Source of the DNA: Gordius albopunctatus
Lineage: Eukaryota
Reading direction: 5' to 3'
Assembly: GCA_964276515.1 (NCBI GenBank)
Contig: OZ193909.1
Location: forward strand, 16,616,001 to 16,680,000
Length of the DNA stretch: 64,000 nt
Shown: positions 41,301 to 53,244 of the stretch, piece after piece
Layout: the number at the start of each line of letters is the position of its first letter
Position numbering within the stretch: the first letter of the stretch is position 1
The notes under the pieces: generated by a model
What the model was told of the DNA's origin: nothing
The model's database searches: none
What the model saw: the letters and a program-made list of their open reading frames with translations, nothing else
Position numbers and translations under genes: made by a program

Positions 41301-44300
41301 TACCAAGAAAACGGTAAAAGCTTAAAATCGAAGGGTTTTTTTTATTACCGTGGGAAAACTTTTAGTTAAATTAACAATACTCACGACGGTCTTAAGTCGG
41401 TTTGGAAAAGGTGGAGGGTTGGTGTAGGTCGGAAACCGGCTGTAAAAACAAACTTCAAAAGCAGTATAGTTTGAAACAAAACTTTACAACACAAAGCTAG
41501 GGCGTCTTCCACAAACGACGCGTACTACATAGCCCGCCCGTGCAATGTTAATACACTAACTGCCCGATTCACAACGAAGGCAGTTAAGGAAATTAGTTGA
41601 GGAAAGAATGCGAATAACATGATGGAATGTGGGAACGTTGACGGGAAAGAGAATCGTGGTCGCACAGATGCTAAAAAAAAGAAAAGTACACATCGTCTGC
41701 CTACAAGAGACGAGGTGGAATTAAACCAAAGCTCGGGAGTTAGAAGGGTACAAACTATTTACAGTAAGTCACCAAATCGTAGAAATGGGGTCGGTATCGT
41801 GCCAAGTGAATCATTTTAGGACAAGGTAATGGAAGTCAAGCGTTGTTCCGACAGGTTAATGTGGGTGAAGATTGCAGATAAAGAGGGTCTCCTAACCGTT
41901 ATTTGCGCCTATGCTCCCTAATTGGGTGTATGGAATCAGAGAAAGATATATTCTCCGATTCATTGGAAAAGGAAATACAAGGAATAGGACATGAAGAAAG
42001 GCTAATTATTTGGGCGGATTTCAACGCCCACGTGGGGAAAGATTGTCTCGAGTATAAACGAAATCAATGAGGCTATGGGAATAGTCTGAAAAAGAAGGGG
42101 AAACTTCTCCAAGTAACCCAAGCAGACGACATGGCGATCGTTAACACCTATTTTAAAAAACTTTAAGATCATATAGTGACTTATAGAAGTGAAAAGCATT
42201 TTAGTCAAATTGACTATCTGCTCTACGCCTAAGGACGTATGGATTATGAAGGATTGCAAAGCAATACCAAAAGAAGAAATCGCCAGGCAACATCGTCCAC
42301 TTGTGATGAATCTTGAAAGAAAAGTATCTCCCAAAAGAAGAAGGGGAACGATAAATATAATCAAAAAGCCTCCTCACTCTTGGGTGCAAGGAAGTTGCAA
42401 AGGGACGTAGCCGACGATTGGGAGAGACTAATTAAGTACATAAAAGAAACAGCGATTCGGGTTTTAGGACAGTAAAGGAGGCAAAGATATGAATAGGGAA
42501 CTATGGTGGTAGGATCATTCCGTTAGCGATTAATAAATTTATATAGACGGTGGCATAAATCCAAAAATTCGGAGGATTATCAAGACTATAGGGAGGCAAA
42601 GAGAACCGCAATAAAGGCCTTTGCAATAGCGAAGAAAGCCGCGTTCACCGAGATGGCCAACAAAATGGAGCATAAAGGGCGGCGACAGGCTTATAAACAA
42701 AATGACAAAGATAATGGAGGGGAAAAGTCGCGTTGTCGAAGTCCTTGATAGTCGAAAATAAGAAGGGTCAAACCTTATGTAAGCCAAAGGAAGTGATGGA
42801 AGGTGGAAAGGATATTTTAAGAAACTTATAATATTGCAAATGACAAAGATTCATTTCCCAATATTGAGGCAAACATAAGTATGGTCGAGCTCTTTCAGGA
42901 GGATGAAGTTAGGGCGGCACCCCATCGCTGGATGAACATCTAAGGTACCCAAAAGTAGACAGGTTTACATAATTCGGCTCGTTGTTAAATCAAGAAGGAG
43001 GTTACAAAACAAAAGTCAATGCCGGATTCAAAAAAGATGGCATAAATGGCGAAGTATATCCGGTGTAATGTACGACAGGATAATATTGTTTAAGAGCAAA
43101 ACTTGCAAACGTAAGACCGGTGTTAATCTATTTAAGGAAAACATGAGCATTAAACAATACGGAAGAAAAGCTATTAAAAGCCACGGAGGAGAATGATACT
43201 GTGGAGCTTGGGGTATAATAAGCTCGGATATATGACGAATGACTTTCTCATGACAAAATGGGTATTCAATGTATGGCGGACATTATTATCGAAATTCGGC
43301 TAAGGTGGTATGGGCATATACTAAGGAGGGATACGGATGAGGTAAATCGAAAAGTACTAGACATGTAGATACTAGGGAAGATAGGAAGAGGACGACCTCG
43401 TATTACGTAATAAGCGAATCGACAAAGTTATGAAATCTAAGAAGAGATTTATTAAGACATGGCACTTACCCGATCAAGATGGAAGAAACTCATCAAAATA
43501 AACCCCACGACAGTGGGACCAAACATTTGATAATGAAGGTTGACTTTATAAATTAATTTTAATAAAGTTCAAACTATTCTCACTATTTCGCTTATCCTTA
43601 TTTAATTGTGTTAGAAAGTTATTCGGTTAGGGGTTTATTATCAAGCCTCAAAGTAGTAACAGATTTAAAATAAAAAAATTATCATCTCTATATAAGCACC
43701 TTAAATATCGAAAAATTCTTTGATACAAGGAAACAAATGCTTTGACTATTTGCAACTGTCTTTAAAATTTTTTAAAAGTGAAAACGTTTAGTATTTACGG
43801 CAATATTTGAAAATACTAAAATTCTAAGGAAACTAAATTTATTTTTCAAATATTTTATTATTTTTTGATCATCTAGGGGACATGGATAGGCTGCAACACT
43901 TTTGGTTAGCGGGCGACTGTAAATTGAAGAAAAATCATAATGATTCCAGTCATCCACTAGGGTTGATGAATTTCATTTCCGCTTTTGTATTGCTTGGTGC
44001 TGGTATAGTTTTGAGTCTCCTTTTTCTCGGTCTCGAACATATATATTTCAAGTTTTTACGAAAACATATTAGGAAAATTGACAAGAAAGGACTGTGCAGC
44101 TTGATAAGCGTGGTAAAATCATTTATAGATAAAAGGAATTTATTATAATCTAATAAGGATTATAAAAATATTTTTATTAAAGCGTACACGAAATAACAAT
44201 TTGTTTTATTTGAAACTGCAGTTTTTAAATAACTTGTGCTCGGGAAACTATTTATTAAATGCCAATATAAACAAACATTTTATTCCAAATGCATATACAC

Positions 44301-44991
44301 AAGAATTTCAAACTTTTCATTTATATATCTATTGCGAAATGGGCTTACAACACAAAGTGTACATATGTTTTGCATAAACATTGTCTGAACCCCAAAAACT
44401 CGAGTGTTTAACTCATTTACTGTATATTTTTAATATTTAATTACTTTTTCAAGATGAATAAAAGGAAAGCATATAACCATTTATCGTGTTTTAAATTCCC
44501 ATTAGAATATGGGACGAACTTTGAGCTTTGAAAAGACGGTATTAGAAATACGAAACACCTTTATAGGTGACAAATGTAAAAATATAATGTGCAAGACAAA
44601 CATATGGAAATTGAAGGAAGAACTTGCCATTGCCAACCTCAAGATACGGCAGCTAGAATCGGTCATTGAAGAATACAAAAAGTATTAGCTACAGAAGATT
44701 AAATAATATTGAATAAATTTAAAGACAAATATTATAATTTGAATACTTTTGGGATATTTAATTTTATGATAATAAGACTTCTATTACTAAGCTTATCATA
44801 CTTTATATTATAAAAAATTTAGAATACAAACTTTTATATAGAATAAGTTTGTTCATGTGTTGAAAGATTTAAATATCTTTAGGTCTAATGGTAAATCGTT
44901 ACCTTGCTTGAACAAGAGAAGTTTTAATGGTTTTGAGTATCTCGAGGTCGAAACAGAGGCCACAATACGTGAACTAGAAACCTCGTTATAG
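26356..44991 (+). CDS. Nmdar2: NMDA-type glutamate receptor subunit 2 (GluN2/Nmdar2-like); exons 26356-26931, 29488-29681, 32284-32423, 32510-32610, 33449-33672, 36089-36218, 37094-37344, 37841-37973, 38261-38438, 39652-39777, 40112-40332, 40749-40909, 41132-41313, 43877-44112, 44506-44681, 44883-44991
   Basis: Signal peptide; PVIAWNGDNS; QLAPTIKHQ…ILDRYSW; IKDIIWPG; EEPPF; CCSGYFID; FSNPFLETGI; SYTANLAAFMI; LDAFIYD; GSWFAMTGY; invertebrate GluN2-type C-tail ending ELETSL (class I PDZ ligand); exon phases consistent throughout. Confidence 0.93.
33143..33312. mobile_element. G-run hAT MITE (intronic)
   Basis: CATGGGCGTAGCC…GGCTAAGCCCATG; TSD CATCGTTT. Confidence 0.9.
33774..34811 (-). mobile_element. 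Non-autonomous hAT family A, full copy in NMDAR intron 5
   Basis: TIR TAGTGCTGTAA/TTACAGCACTA; TSD CTATTAAG; ORF 33972-34283 with [26 protein letters not shown]. Confidence 0.95.
37359..37524. mobile_element. G-run hAT MITE 14 bp into NMDAR intron 7
   Basis: TSD CTTGTTCA on both sides; CTATGCCCATG end. Confidence 0.8.
41383..43538 (+). mobile_element. Decayed RTE-A LINE with the RT core deleted, in NMDAR intron 13
   Basis: Colinear with 53245-55857; APE remnants; deletion junction at GGCA 42916-42919. Confidence 0.9.
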
Positions 44992-46279
44992 GCATAGAAA
45001 TGAAAGCACCACTTGATACACAGTGCAATATAAGACTAATCCTTATCAAATGTGAATATAATATATTAGCATATTATTTATATATACTTTTAAAAAATAG
45101 ATCAAAAATTATATGTTTCTATTCCATAACATATTGTGTAAAATTATTATAGACAATATCAATTACTAAACCGGATGCTTTATTTATGTGTATATGGAGA
45201 CATTGCTAATACAACACATGCATTTAAAAGGTATGAAATGGATAAAGGTTTATTTAATAAATTCACGATCCCAAAGAATTCTTTTACATCGCAGAAAGTC
45301 ACCATGGAAATTTTTAAATCCAATAAAATCTCAATACATGGCTCGATGCCAGCTCATAAGTTTAATATATTTTAGCATGCACCATACAAAAATATTTTAA
45401 AATAAACCTCTATTTCACAAAAAAATAAAAAAATAAACTTTTTTAACTATGAAAAAAAATCTAATTGATTAAACCTTCTCACGTAATTAGTTAAACTTTC
45501 TTAAACTTTTGTAATTGTCTAGCCATCGTTTTAGATGGTAACGAAGTGATTAAAAAAAGACTGTCTACAATATTTCTTCGATTATCCTTTTTCTTGTTTG
45601 GTCATTATATTTTTTCTCATCCGCTCTTAAATGCAGAAAGATAAGGAAAAAGTTAAAAATAAACCAAGTTCAATCATCTTTTATGCTTCTTACGGTTCAC
45701 CCAAAAATTCTCCAGTGAAAAGGAATATTTTCCTCGTGGTTTATGTTCAAAATTTGTTTCGAATCGCATTATTAACTCTCACCAAATTATCTTTTTACTT
45801 AATTTTTTTAAAATGTAATTTTTTAATAGACATGGACATAAAACAATTAGGTGAAAAATCTTATCGAAACATAATAAAGCAAAAGTTATAATAAAGTATT
45901 TTTATAATTCCATTTCTTCGACCTAACCTCATCTCATACCAAACTACAAAGCCTTTTTAATTTCAATATTTTTAACTATTAAAAAAATAATTAACAATTT
46001 CGCCTTTTAAATTAGAAGTTACGTTTCCTGCCCTGAGCATTTGATCAAATGTACTTATCAATTCGTACTACTTTACCTTTTTTTTGTTCTATTAAATCAT
46101 TGATTTTTAAAATTTAGAAAAAAAGAATCTTGTGTAGCGTGTTTTACTAACTGCTTTTACTCCACGTTGAATACAATGCGATTCTTATAACTGTATATAT
46201 GGGAGAATAGTATTCGAAATACTTTTATACCAATATCTATCCATAATTAAAAACGTAACTTTTAACTAATGGCTTTCTC

Positions 46280-46525
46280 TCAAGGAAGGCTTATAGCATC
46301 CATATCTTCATCGGTGGATCTTGTTTCGTTCATTGGCATTATAAGTGGTCCTGGCACATTTTTCATCCTTTTGCGGGGTGCTCGTTTAGCAATATTGGAA
46401 GCATCTATTCCTTCTAATGCGCTGTAATCACGCTTAATAGCTTCAACCTCGCCTTCACGTCGATTAATACCGCTTATCAATCTTGAGGAAGGGTGTATCT
46501 GAGGTGATTGTTCTTTGGTAGGCAT
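46280..46525 (-). CDS. Possible 81-aa orphan protein
   Basis: ATG-initiated ORF with hydrophilic, protein-like composition in AT-rich surroundings; no recognised motif. Confidence 0.35.
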   Translation of the reverse strand: MPTKEQSPQIHPSSRLISGINRREGEVEAIKRDYSALEGIDASNIAKRAPRKRMKNVPGPLIMPMNETRSTDEDMDAISLP

Positions 46526-46727
46526 ATTACTTCCTATTCATAGTTATCAAATTTGATTTTAAATATGGCTTATTAAGTGTGACCCCCTTGTTAACAAACG
46601 TTGAAAACGTTTATGACTTTTTAGATGAAAAAACCTTTTGAGGTTTATAATGATTCTCTGTAAAATTAATATATATAGAACAAACAAAAATAGAAAAATA
46701 TTTATGCTTAAATATGCCTTTTGATAA

Positions 46728-47603
46728 CACAGGTCTACAAAAAAACATCCCGCAATCCGACCAATAATTCTGATAGAGAATTTTGCACTGTAAAATAATG
46801 TTTTTAGTTTTTCCCTGCAATTATCAGTTTTTTTAGATATACAAGATTGAAAGTGCCAAAAATGCCATTTTAAGTCTTTTTGAAGCTATATTGCCACGGC
46901 ATTTTTAATATTTAGTGACAAATAGTAATATATTCATGTAGATTAAAGTTTCATCTATAGGTCCATTTATTTATTTTTTTATATCACCCTTATACTAAAA
47001 TTTACACGCGTTTGCATAAACTCCTTCTCTTTATCAAAATGCGTCCCACGATGTCTGGTAAACGGAGTACATTAGAGTTCATACTGCGTACGCCATGTTT
47101 ATTAACCCATATCTCTTTCCCTTCACCTACTCTCCTCTCTTTCTCCTCCACTCCCGCCCCCTTCATGTGTGCTTGGCTTGGATAGATATGGAGGCGCGAG
47201 TGTAAGAAATGGAGAATGGAAGAAAGAGATGCGTTAGTAAACAGCGAGTGTGTAGTATGCACTCTAATGCACTCTTTTTTCCAGACATAGTGGGACGAAT
47301 TTTGACAAAGGGAAGGGGTTCATAAAAACGCGAATAAAAAAATAAATTAATGGACCTATAGATGAAACTTTAATCTACATGAATATATTACTATTTTTCA
47401 CTAAATATTAAAAATACCTTGGCAACATAGCCTCAAAAAGGCTTTAAAAGTGCATTTTTGGCACCTTCGACCTCGTATTTCTAAAAAACTGGTAATTGTA
47501 GGAAAAACCTAAAAACAGATTATTTTTCAGCGTAAAATTCTCTATCAGAATTATTGGTCGGATTGCGAGATGTTATCACAAAGTCAATATTTGTAGAGCG
47601 GTG
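46728..47603. mobile_element. Foldback non-autonomous DNA transposon, Chapaev3-like
   Basis: CAC…GTG termini (CACAGGTCTACAAA / TTTGTAGAGCGGTG); TAA on both sides; inverted arms of more than 300 bp. Confidence 0.7.
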
Positions 47604-47944
47604 TAATTTAATTTACACCTATACCAGGATATTTATATAATGCACTTGGGTCAAGGCCTTTGTGAGGAAGGGGAAATCTCTCCCCTAAATTCCATAATTC
47701 CTAGATATTTAACAAAATTATTGTTGAATCCAAAAATTAACTTCCTAAATTACAAAATTTATCTTGACTATCCATGCTCAAGCCTATTATTTAGAATTGA
47801 TTTTTTAGTTATTATACCCTTCGTTATATCGATCAAAGCAATTTAGAAACCTTAAAGCCCCTCACCCCTGCATTTTTATGACGGGAACAAGTTATTTAAT
47901 TACCCATTTGACCTAACCAATCCTGGGTATAATATCAAAAGCGC

Positions 47945-48208
47945 TTAAATGTTCATGGACCTACCTGTCTTTTTCTTGGATTTTGAATGCAAAGGTTTTG
48001 ATGGTGTTGTATTAGCTTTTCTCATAAAATAGCACAATTTTGCGAAAACTATCAACAGGTAGATGAGCAAAATGATGCCAATTCCGAATAATACTAATGG
48101 ATAAATGTTGTCACAAACGGAGTGTGCATATGTCGGATTGACCCCGGAATAACCATATCCTTCGTTCCCTTGTCTGTACGCCTTTCTTTCCCTCTGTGAA
48201 ACGGGCAT
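47945..48208 (-). CDS. Possible 87-aa single-pass membrane protein
   Basis: ATG after an A-rich context; one long hydrophobic segment followed by a basic tail. Confidence 0.45.
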   Translation of the reverse strand: MPVSQRERKAYRQGNEGYGYSGVNPTYAHSVCDNIYPLVLFGIGIILLIYLLIVFAKLCYFMRKANTTPSKPLHSKSKKKTGRSMNI

Positions 48209-49056
48209 TTTATTTTTATATTTGTTAACAATTCATAAAGTTTTAATCTTTACCAACAATCAAATAGTTTGTATTCAATTGTTTAAATATACTAAGCTTT
48301 TTAAAATGTACCATTTGTTTATGGTGAAGAAGTAAAGACTTTTATCATTGTCAAAGTAGCATGGTGTTTGAAAAGTAAATAGTAGAATTATTTCTAAGAA
48401 AAAACTAAATATCAATTAAGCTACTATTAATGTATGTCCACATATTCTATTAACTACTATAATATTTTGTCCCATTGCGACAACTACCCTAACAACCTTT
48501 GGCCCCCTAGCCTTACAACTTTTTAAAAAAATAAGGAAACAAATTTCATTGCTATCCCATGATAATCGCAAATCATTTTTTATACGACAGAAAATCGGCA
48601 TAACTATCTGTAAATATACATCATTAGCCATAACCGAATGTTTTCCCAATATCTACGATTCTTATTTTTTTAATTTATTTATCTCACCTTCACAAAATAT
48701 GTAATTCTCTTTATATAAACACTTTATATTAAAAAAATTTATAAGTTTTTTAGTTGCCACGAATAACTAAAGAAAAATAGCATCTTAAAGACAAGAGTGT
48801 AGTGTTTGGACATTGGCGACATTAGGTAGCCAATTGACAATTTGTAGACGTGGCACATGATTCTCTAATTAAATTGAATTCTTCTCCTCACTACATTCCA
48901 CGACATAACTACAGGATTACGTTACTCTATCCCATTAATTTTCGTCACATATCTATTCCTATGTTTTATCACTACATCTTCCCTGCAAATGTTTAATCGC
49001 GCGTTTTGTTTTATCATCCCCAAAAATTAATAAAGATTCTCTTATCAACACTAAAT

Positions 49057-49095
49057 TGGTGACCCCGACGTGATCTGAACACGCAACCTTCTGAT
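49057..49095 (+). promoter_or_regulatory. Extended (39-nt) primer-binding site complementary to the 3' half of tRNA-Trp
   Basis: TGGTGACCCCGACGTGATCTGAACACGCAACCTTCTGAT; its reverse complement forms CCA end, acceptor strand, T-arm, variable loop and 3' anticodon stem of metazoan tRNA-Trp. Confidence 0.9.
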
Positions 49096-49826
49096 TTTTC
49101 AACTTCAAATCAGGAAATACCAATCAACGCTTCTACTACCGGAGGTAGCAAGAAGGAATCATTTGTCCACATCAAGCTCCCTGAATTCCACTCTAGAAAC
49201 ATTCAGATTTGGATAGCACAGATCGATGCTATATTCTCAACCAGGAGGATATATTCTCAAAAGGTAAAATATGCATATTTATTAGAATCTCTCCCCGTAG
49301 AAGTGGCAGAGGAGGCCGCAGATCTCATCCTTAACATCCCCGAAGAGAATCCATATTATGCCTTAAAACAAACATTGATTAAAAGAATTGGACAAAGTGA
49401 CACTAAGAGAATCCAAAACCTTTTTAAAGAAATTTACATGGATGACAAATCCCCATCTCAATTATTACGACATTTAAAGTCCCTACTAGGAGAGCATCAA
49501 ATGAGCAATACAATTCTTAGGAACTTATGGGTAAACAAAATGCCTAAAGAGATTACTGGAATTCTAACCTGTTTGGGGGAGGGTCACGAAATAGTAATAT
49601 TACTCTATAGCTAAATCCACAAGGCAATACAAGATTTAACACAAAAAATTAGTAATTCAGAGTTAAAGATAAACAATTTATCTCAACTTTCCTATCATGG
49701 AAGTGTACGGGCAAGAAGTAATTCACGGATCAGGACACAAAAGCACCCATACTGTTATTATCATTCCAAATTCCAGGACAAGGTTCGCAAATGCGTAAAG
49801 CCCTGCGCCTTCAGTGATGATAATCA

Positions 49827-49836
49827 AAAAAACTAA
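49827..49836 (+). promoter_or_regulatory. Candidate -1 ribosomal frameshift site A AAA AAC followed by gag stop TAA
   Basis: X XXY YYZ heptamer in the gag frame just after the zinc knuckle, followed by a GC-rich stretch. Confidence 0.6.
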
Positions 49837-52800
49837 CAGGCCGGGTGGTTCAGACGACGGCTACTGCACAGATTCAAACAGTCGCCTATTCTACATTATG
49901 GACCAAACATCAAAACAAAAATTTCTTATCGACACTGGTGCCGAAGTGAGCATTATTCCACCGCCAACCAATTTCCCCGAAATTCCCCAACAAAAGTAAC
50001 ATCTGCACTTTTGGACAAAAGATGTTAGCTCTAAACCTAGGCCTAGGACGTGAGATACAATGGATTTTTCTGATAGCAGACGTTCACACGCCGATTATAG
50101 GAGCTGATCTGTTAAACAATCACAATTTAATTGCGGACATCAAAAACAAAAGATTAATCGACGGAGTTACACGCCTATCATCAAGAGGATTCACCTCGCC
50201 TCATCAAACGTTTGGAATTCGTGTAGCATTCACTTATCAGAATTCTAAATTAGAGGCCATGTTAAAAGACTTTCCGTCGCTCCTATCACCTCTATATTTT
50301 TCCCAACAAATACCACCTCACGACGTTCGTCATCATATAATAACCAAAGGCCCAGCACAATATTCACGCCCCAGACGATTGACGGCCGACAAGCTACAAG
50401 CAGGTAAAAAAGAATTTGAGTATATGCTAGAACTCGGCATTATCAGGGAATCACAAAGCAATTGGGCGTCCCCCTTACACTTGGCAATTAATAAATCTGG
50501 CGATTGGAAACCCTGCGGGGACTATAGAAGCCTGAACAAAGTAACGGTTCCCGACCGATACCCAATACCCCACATCCACGATTTCACAGCAAATCTATGC
50601 GGAAAAACAGTCTTTAGTAAATTGGATTTGGTAAGAGCTTACCATCATATTCCTGTTGCACAAGACGACATTTGCAAGACAGCCGTAACGACACCGTTCG
50701 GACTCTATGAATTTCGTAGAATGCCTTTTGGGGTTAAAAAACGCTGCACAAACTTTCCCGAGGTTTATCGACGTAGTTTTAAGAGGGATAGAAGGAACCT
50801 ACGCATATATAGATGATATACTATTAGCTAGTTCGTCCGAAGCGGACCATGAAAGGCTCCTAAAAACCGTTCTTGAACGTCTATAAGAGTATGATTTGAG
50901 GATCAATCCTGCCAAGTGCCGATTCAGAGTCAGAGAATTAGAATTTGTGGGACACAGAATATCTTCTACAGGTATAAACCCCCTACCAGAGAAGATTGAT
51001 GCCATTCAAAATTTTCCAATTCCGGATTCAAGTAAAAAACTCCGTAGATTCCTCGGTATGATAAATTTCTACCGCAGATTTTTACTAGGAATGGCGCAAA
51101 CCCTACAGCCATTAACTGACATACTTAAAAACCCTCGGAAATCCGTGGTTTTAAACGACAGTCAGATTAAAGCGTTCGACAAGGCTAAAGCCGCGCAGTG
51201 AATTCACCACTCTAAATTATTTGGACACCAGCCCAAAAACCAAAATTACGTTGACGACAGACGCCTCCAATTCAGCGGTGGGTGCAGTGTTGAAACAAAC
51301 TGTATCAGAAAAAACTTCACCTGTGGCATTTTTTTCGGTTAAACTTCAACCAGCTCAGTCACGGTACAGCACATTCAGTTGAGAACTCCTCGCCATCTAC
51401 CTATATATCAAACACTTCAGACACATGTTAGAATGTCGACACTTCACCGTTTTTACCGACCATAAGCCGTTAACCTACGCATTTAATGCGAAACCTGACA
51501 AATACTCGCCACGAGAAACCAGGCAACTGGATTTTATATCTCAATTTACCACAGATATACAATACATCAAAGGCGAAGCGAATTCAGTCGCGGACACAAT
51601 TTCTCGGTTAGGAGTGGATGCTATAAAGTTGCCAGAAATGCCCGATCTAGAAGAGATTAGCAGACAACAGATAAATGACAAATCCCTGAAAAGCTTAAAG
51701 GATTCATCATCTTTGAAGTTACAGTTATTGCCAATTCCAGGATCCGAGAGAAAAATCCTTTGCGATCTTTCAACTACCAAACCTCGACCAGTCATTCCAG
51801 AAACACTCAAAAAACTGTTTTCGACCATTTCCACGCTATATAACACCCAGACATACGCGCCACTTTGAAGCTAATTACAAATCGAGTAGTCTGGCCTTCG
51901 ATGAACCAAGCCAAGACGTTAGAAATTGGGCTAAGTTTTGTTTAAAATGCCAACTAAACAAAGTTGATAAATACACTATAACGACGCCCGGAACTTTCGC
52001 AGAACCAGACGCACGATTCTCACACATACATGTCGATTTAGTTGGACCACTACCACCTTCAAACGGTTTTACTCACATTTTGACAGCAATCAATCGTTTC
52101 TCGAGATGGCCCATGGCCGTTCCACTCAAAGAAACATCTACCGAAGAGATCGTTTCCAAGCTAATTGAAAGCTGGATAGCCAATTATGGTGTCTCAAGTA
52201 CAATTACTACCGACAGAGGATCTCAGTTTCAGTCAGGACTTTTAAGACAACTATCCAACACATTAGGGTGCAAACATATAAAAACCACTGCCTATCACCC
52301 ATCCGCCAACGGAATTGTGGAACGCTTCCACAGACAACTAAAGGCATCGTTAAAAGCCACCGAAAAAATTAAATGGAGTAAAGTTCTTCCACTCGTGTTA
52401 GTTGGTATCCGTGGCACAATCAAGGAAGACATTGGGCTAACACCATCCGAACTCGTATATGGAACCAACATAAGACTCCCTGGAGATTAATTTCTAGAGC
52501 AACCTGAGGCCAACCAACAACCGGTAGCGGAACTGCATAACTTTGTAGACAAACGAAGAAAGGCAATGATTACAATACCCTACCCCATACCGCAACACCA
52601 CAGGAAACCAAAAGACCAGGTTAGTCAAGATTTGGTAGAAAAACCTCATATTTTTGTCAGAAACGACACAGTTCGCAGTCCACTCATCTCACCGTATGAC
52701 GGACGGTTTAAAGTTTTAAAACGCGAACCCAAATACTTCGTCATAGGAAAATATGGAAAAAGAGATTCAATATCAATAGATAGATTAAAACCCTGCCATC

Positions 52801-53244
52801 TAAGTAGAGAGGAACCATCCTTTCAGATCGCCGACGAAACTCAAGCTGAAGCAAGGACACAAGGGGCAGAAGAACCAGACAAAATAACTAGAAAAGGCAG
52901 AAAAGTCCATTGGCCGAAAAACCTTCGTGAATACATCACATAATTTTTAGCCAATTTTTATCGACATATTTAAAACTTTAAATATATCTGGAAGGGGAGT
53001 ATTGTAGTGTTTGGACATTGGCGAGATTAGGTAGCCAATTGACAATTTGTAGACGTGGCACATGATTCTTTAATTACATTGAATTCTTCTCCTCACTATA
53101 TTCCATGACATAACTACAGGATTACGTTATTCTATCCCATTAATTTTCGTCAGATATCTATTCCTATGTTTTATTACTACATCTTCGCTGCAAATATTTA
53201 ATCGCGCGTTTTGTTTTGTCATCCACAAAAATTAATAAAGATTC

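Noticed and set aside
45175..45891. Short ORFs downstream of the NMDAR gene
   Set aside because: AT-rich F/I/K/N-biased translations typical of non-coding DNA
48416..48649. 77-aa minus-strand ORF
   Set aside because: Non-ATG start and contains a short motif also found at about 24091-24130, so probably a repeat fragment
49057..49095. tRNA-Trp gene on the minus strand
   Set aside because: Only the 3' half is present, it includes the post-transcriptional CCA, and it sits at the PBS position of an LTR element
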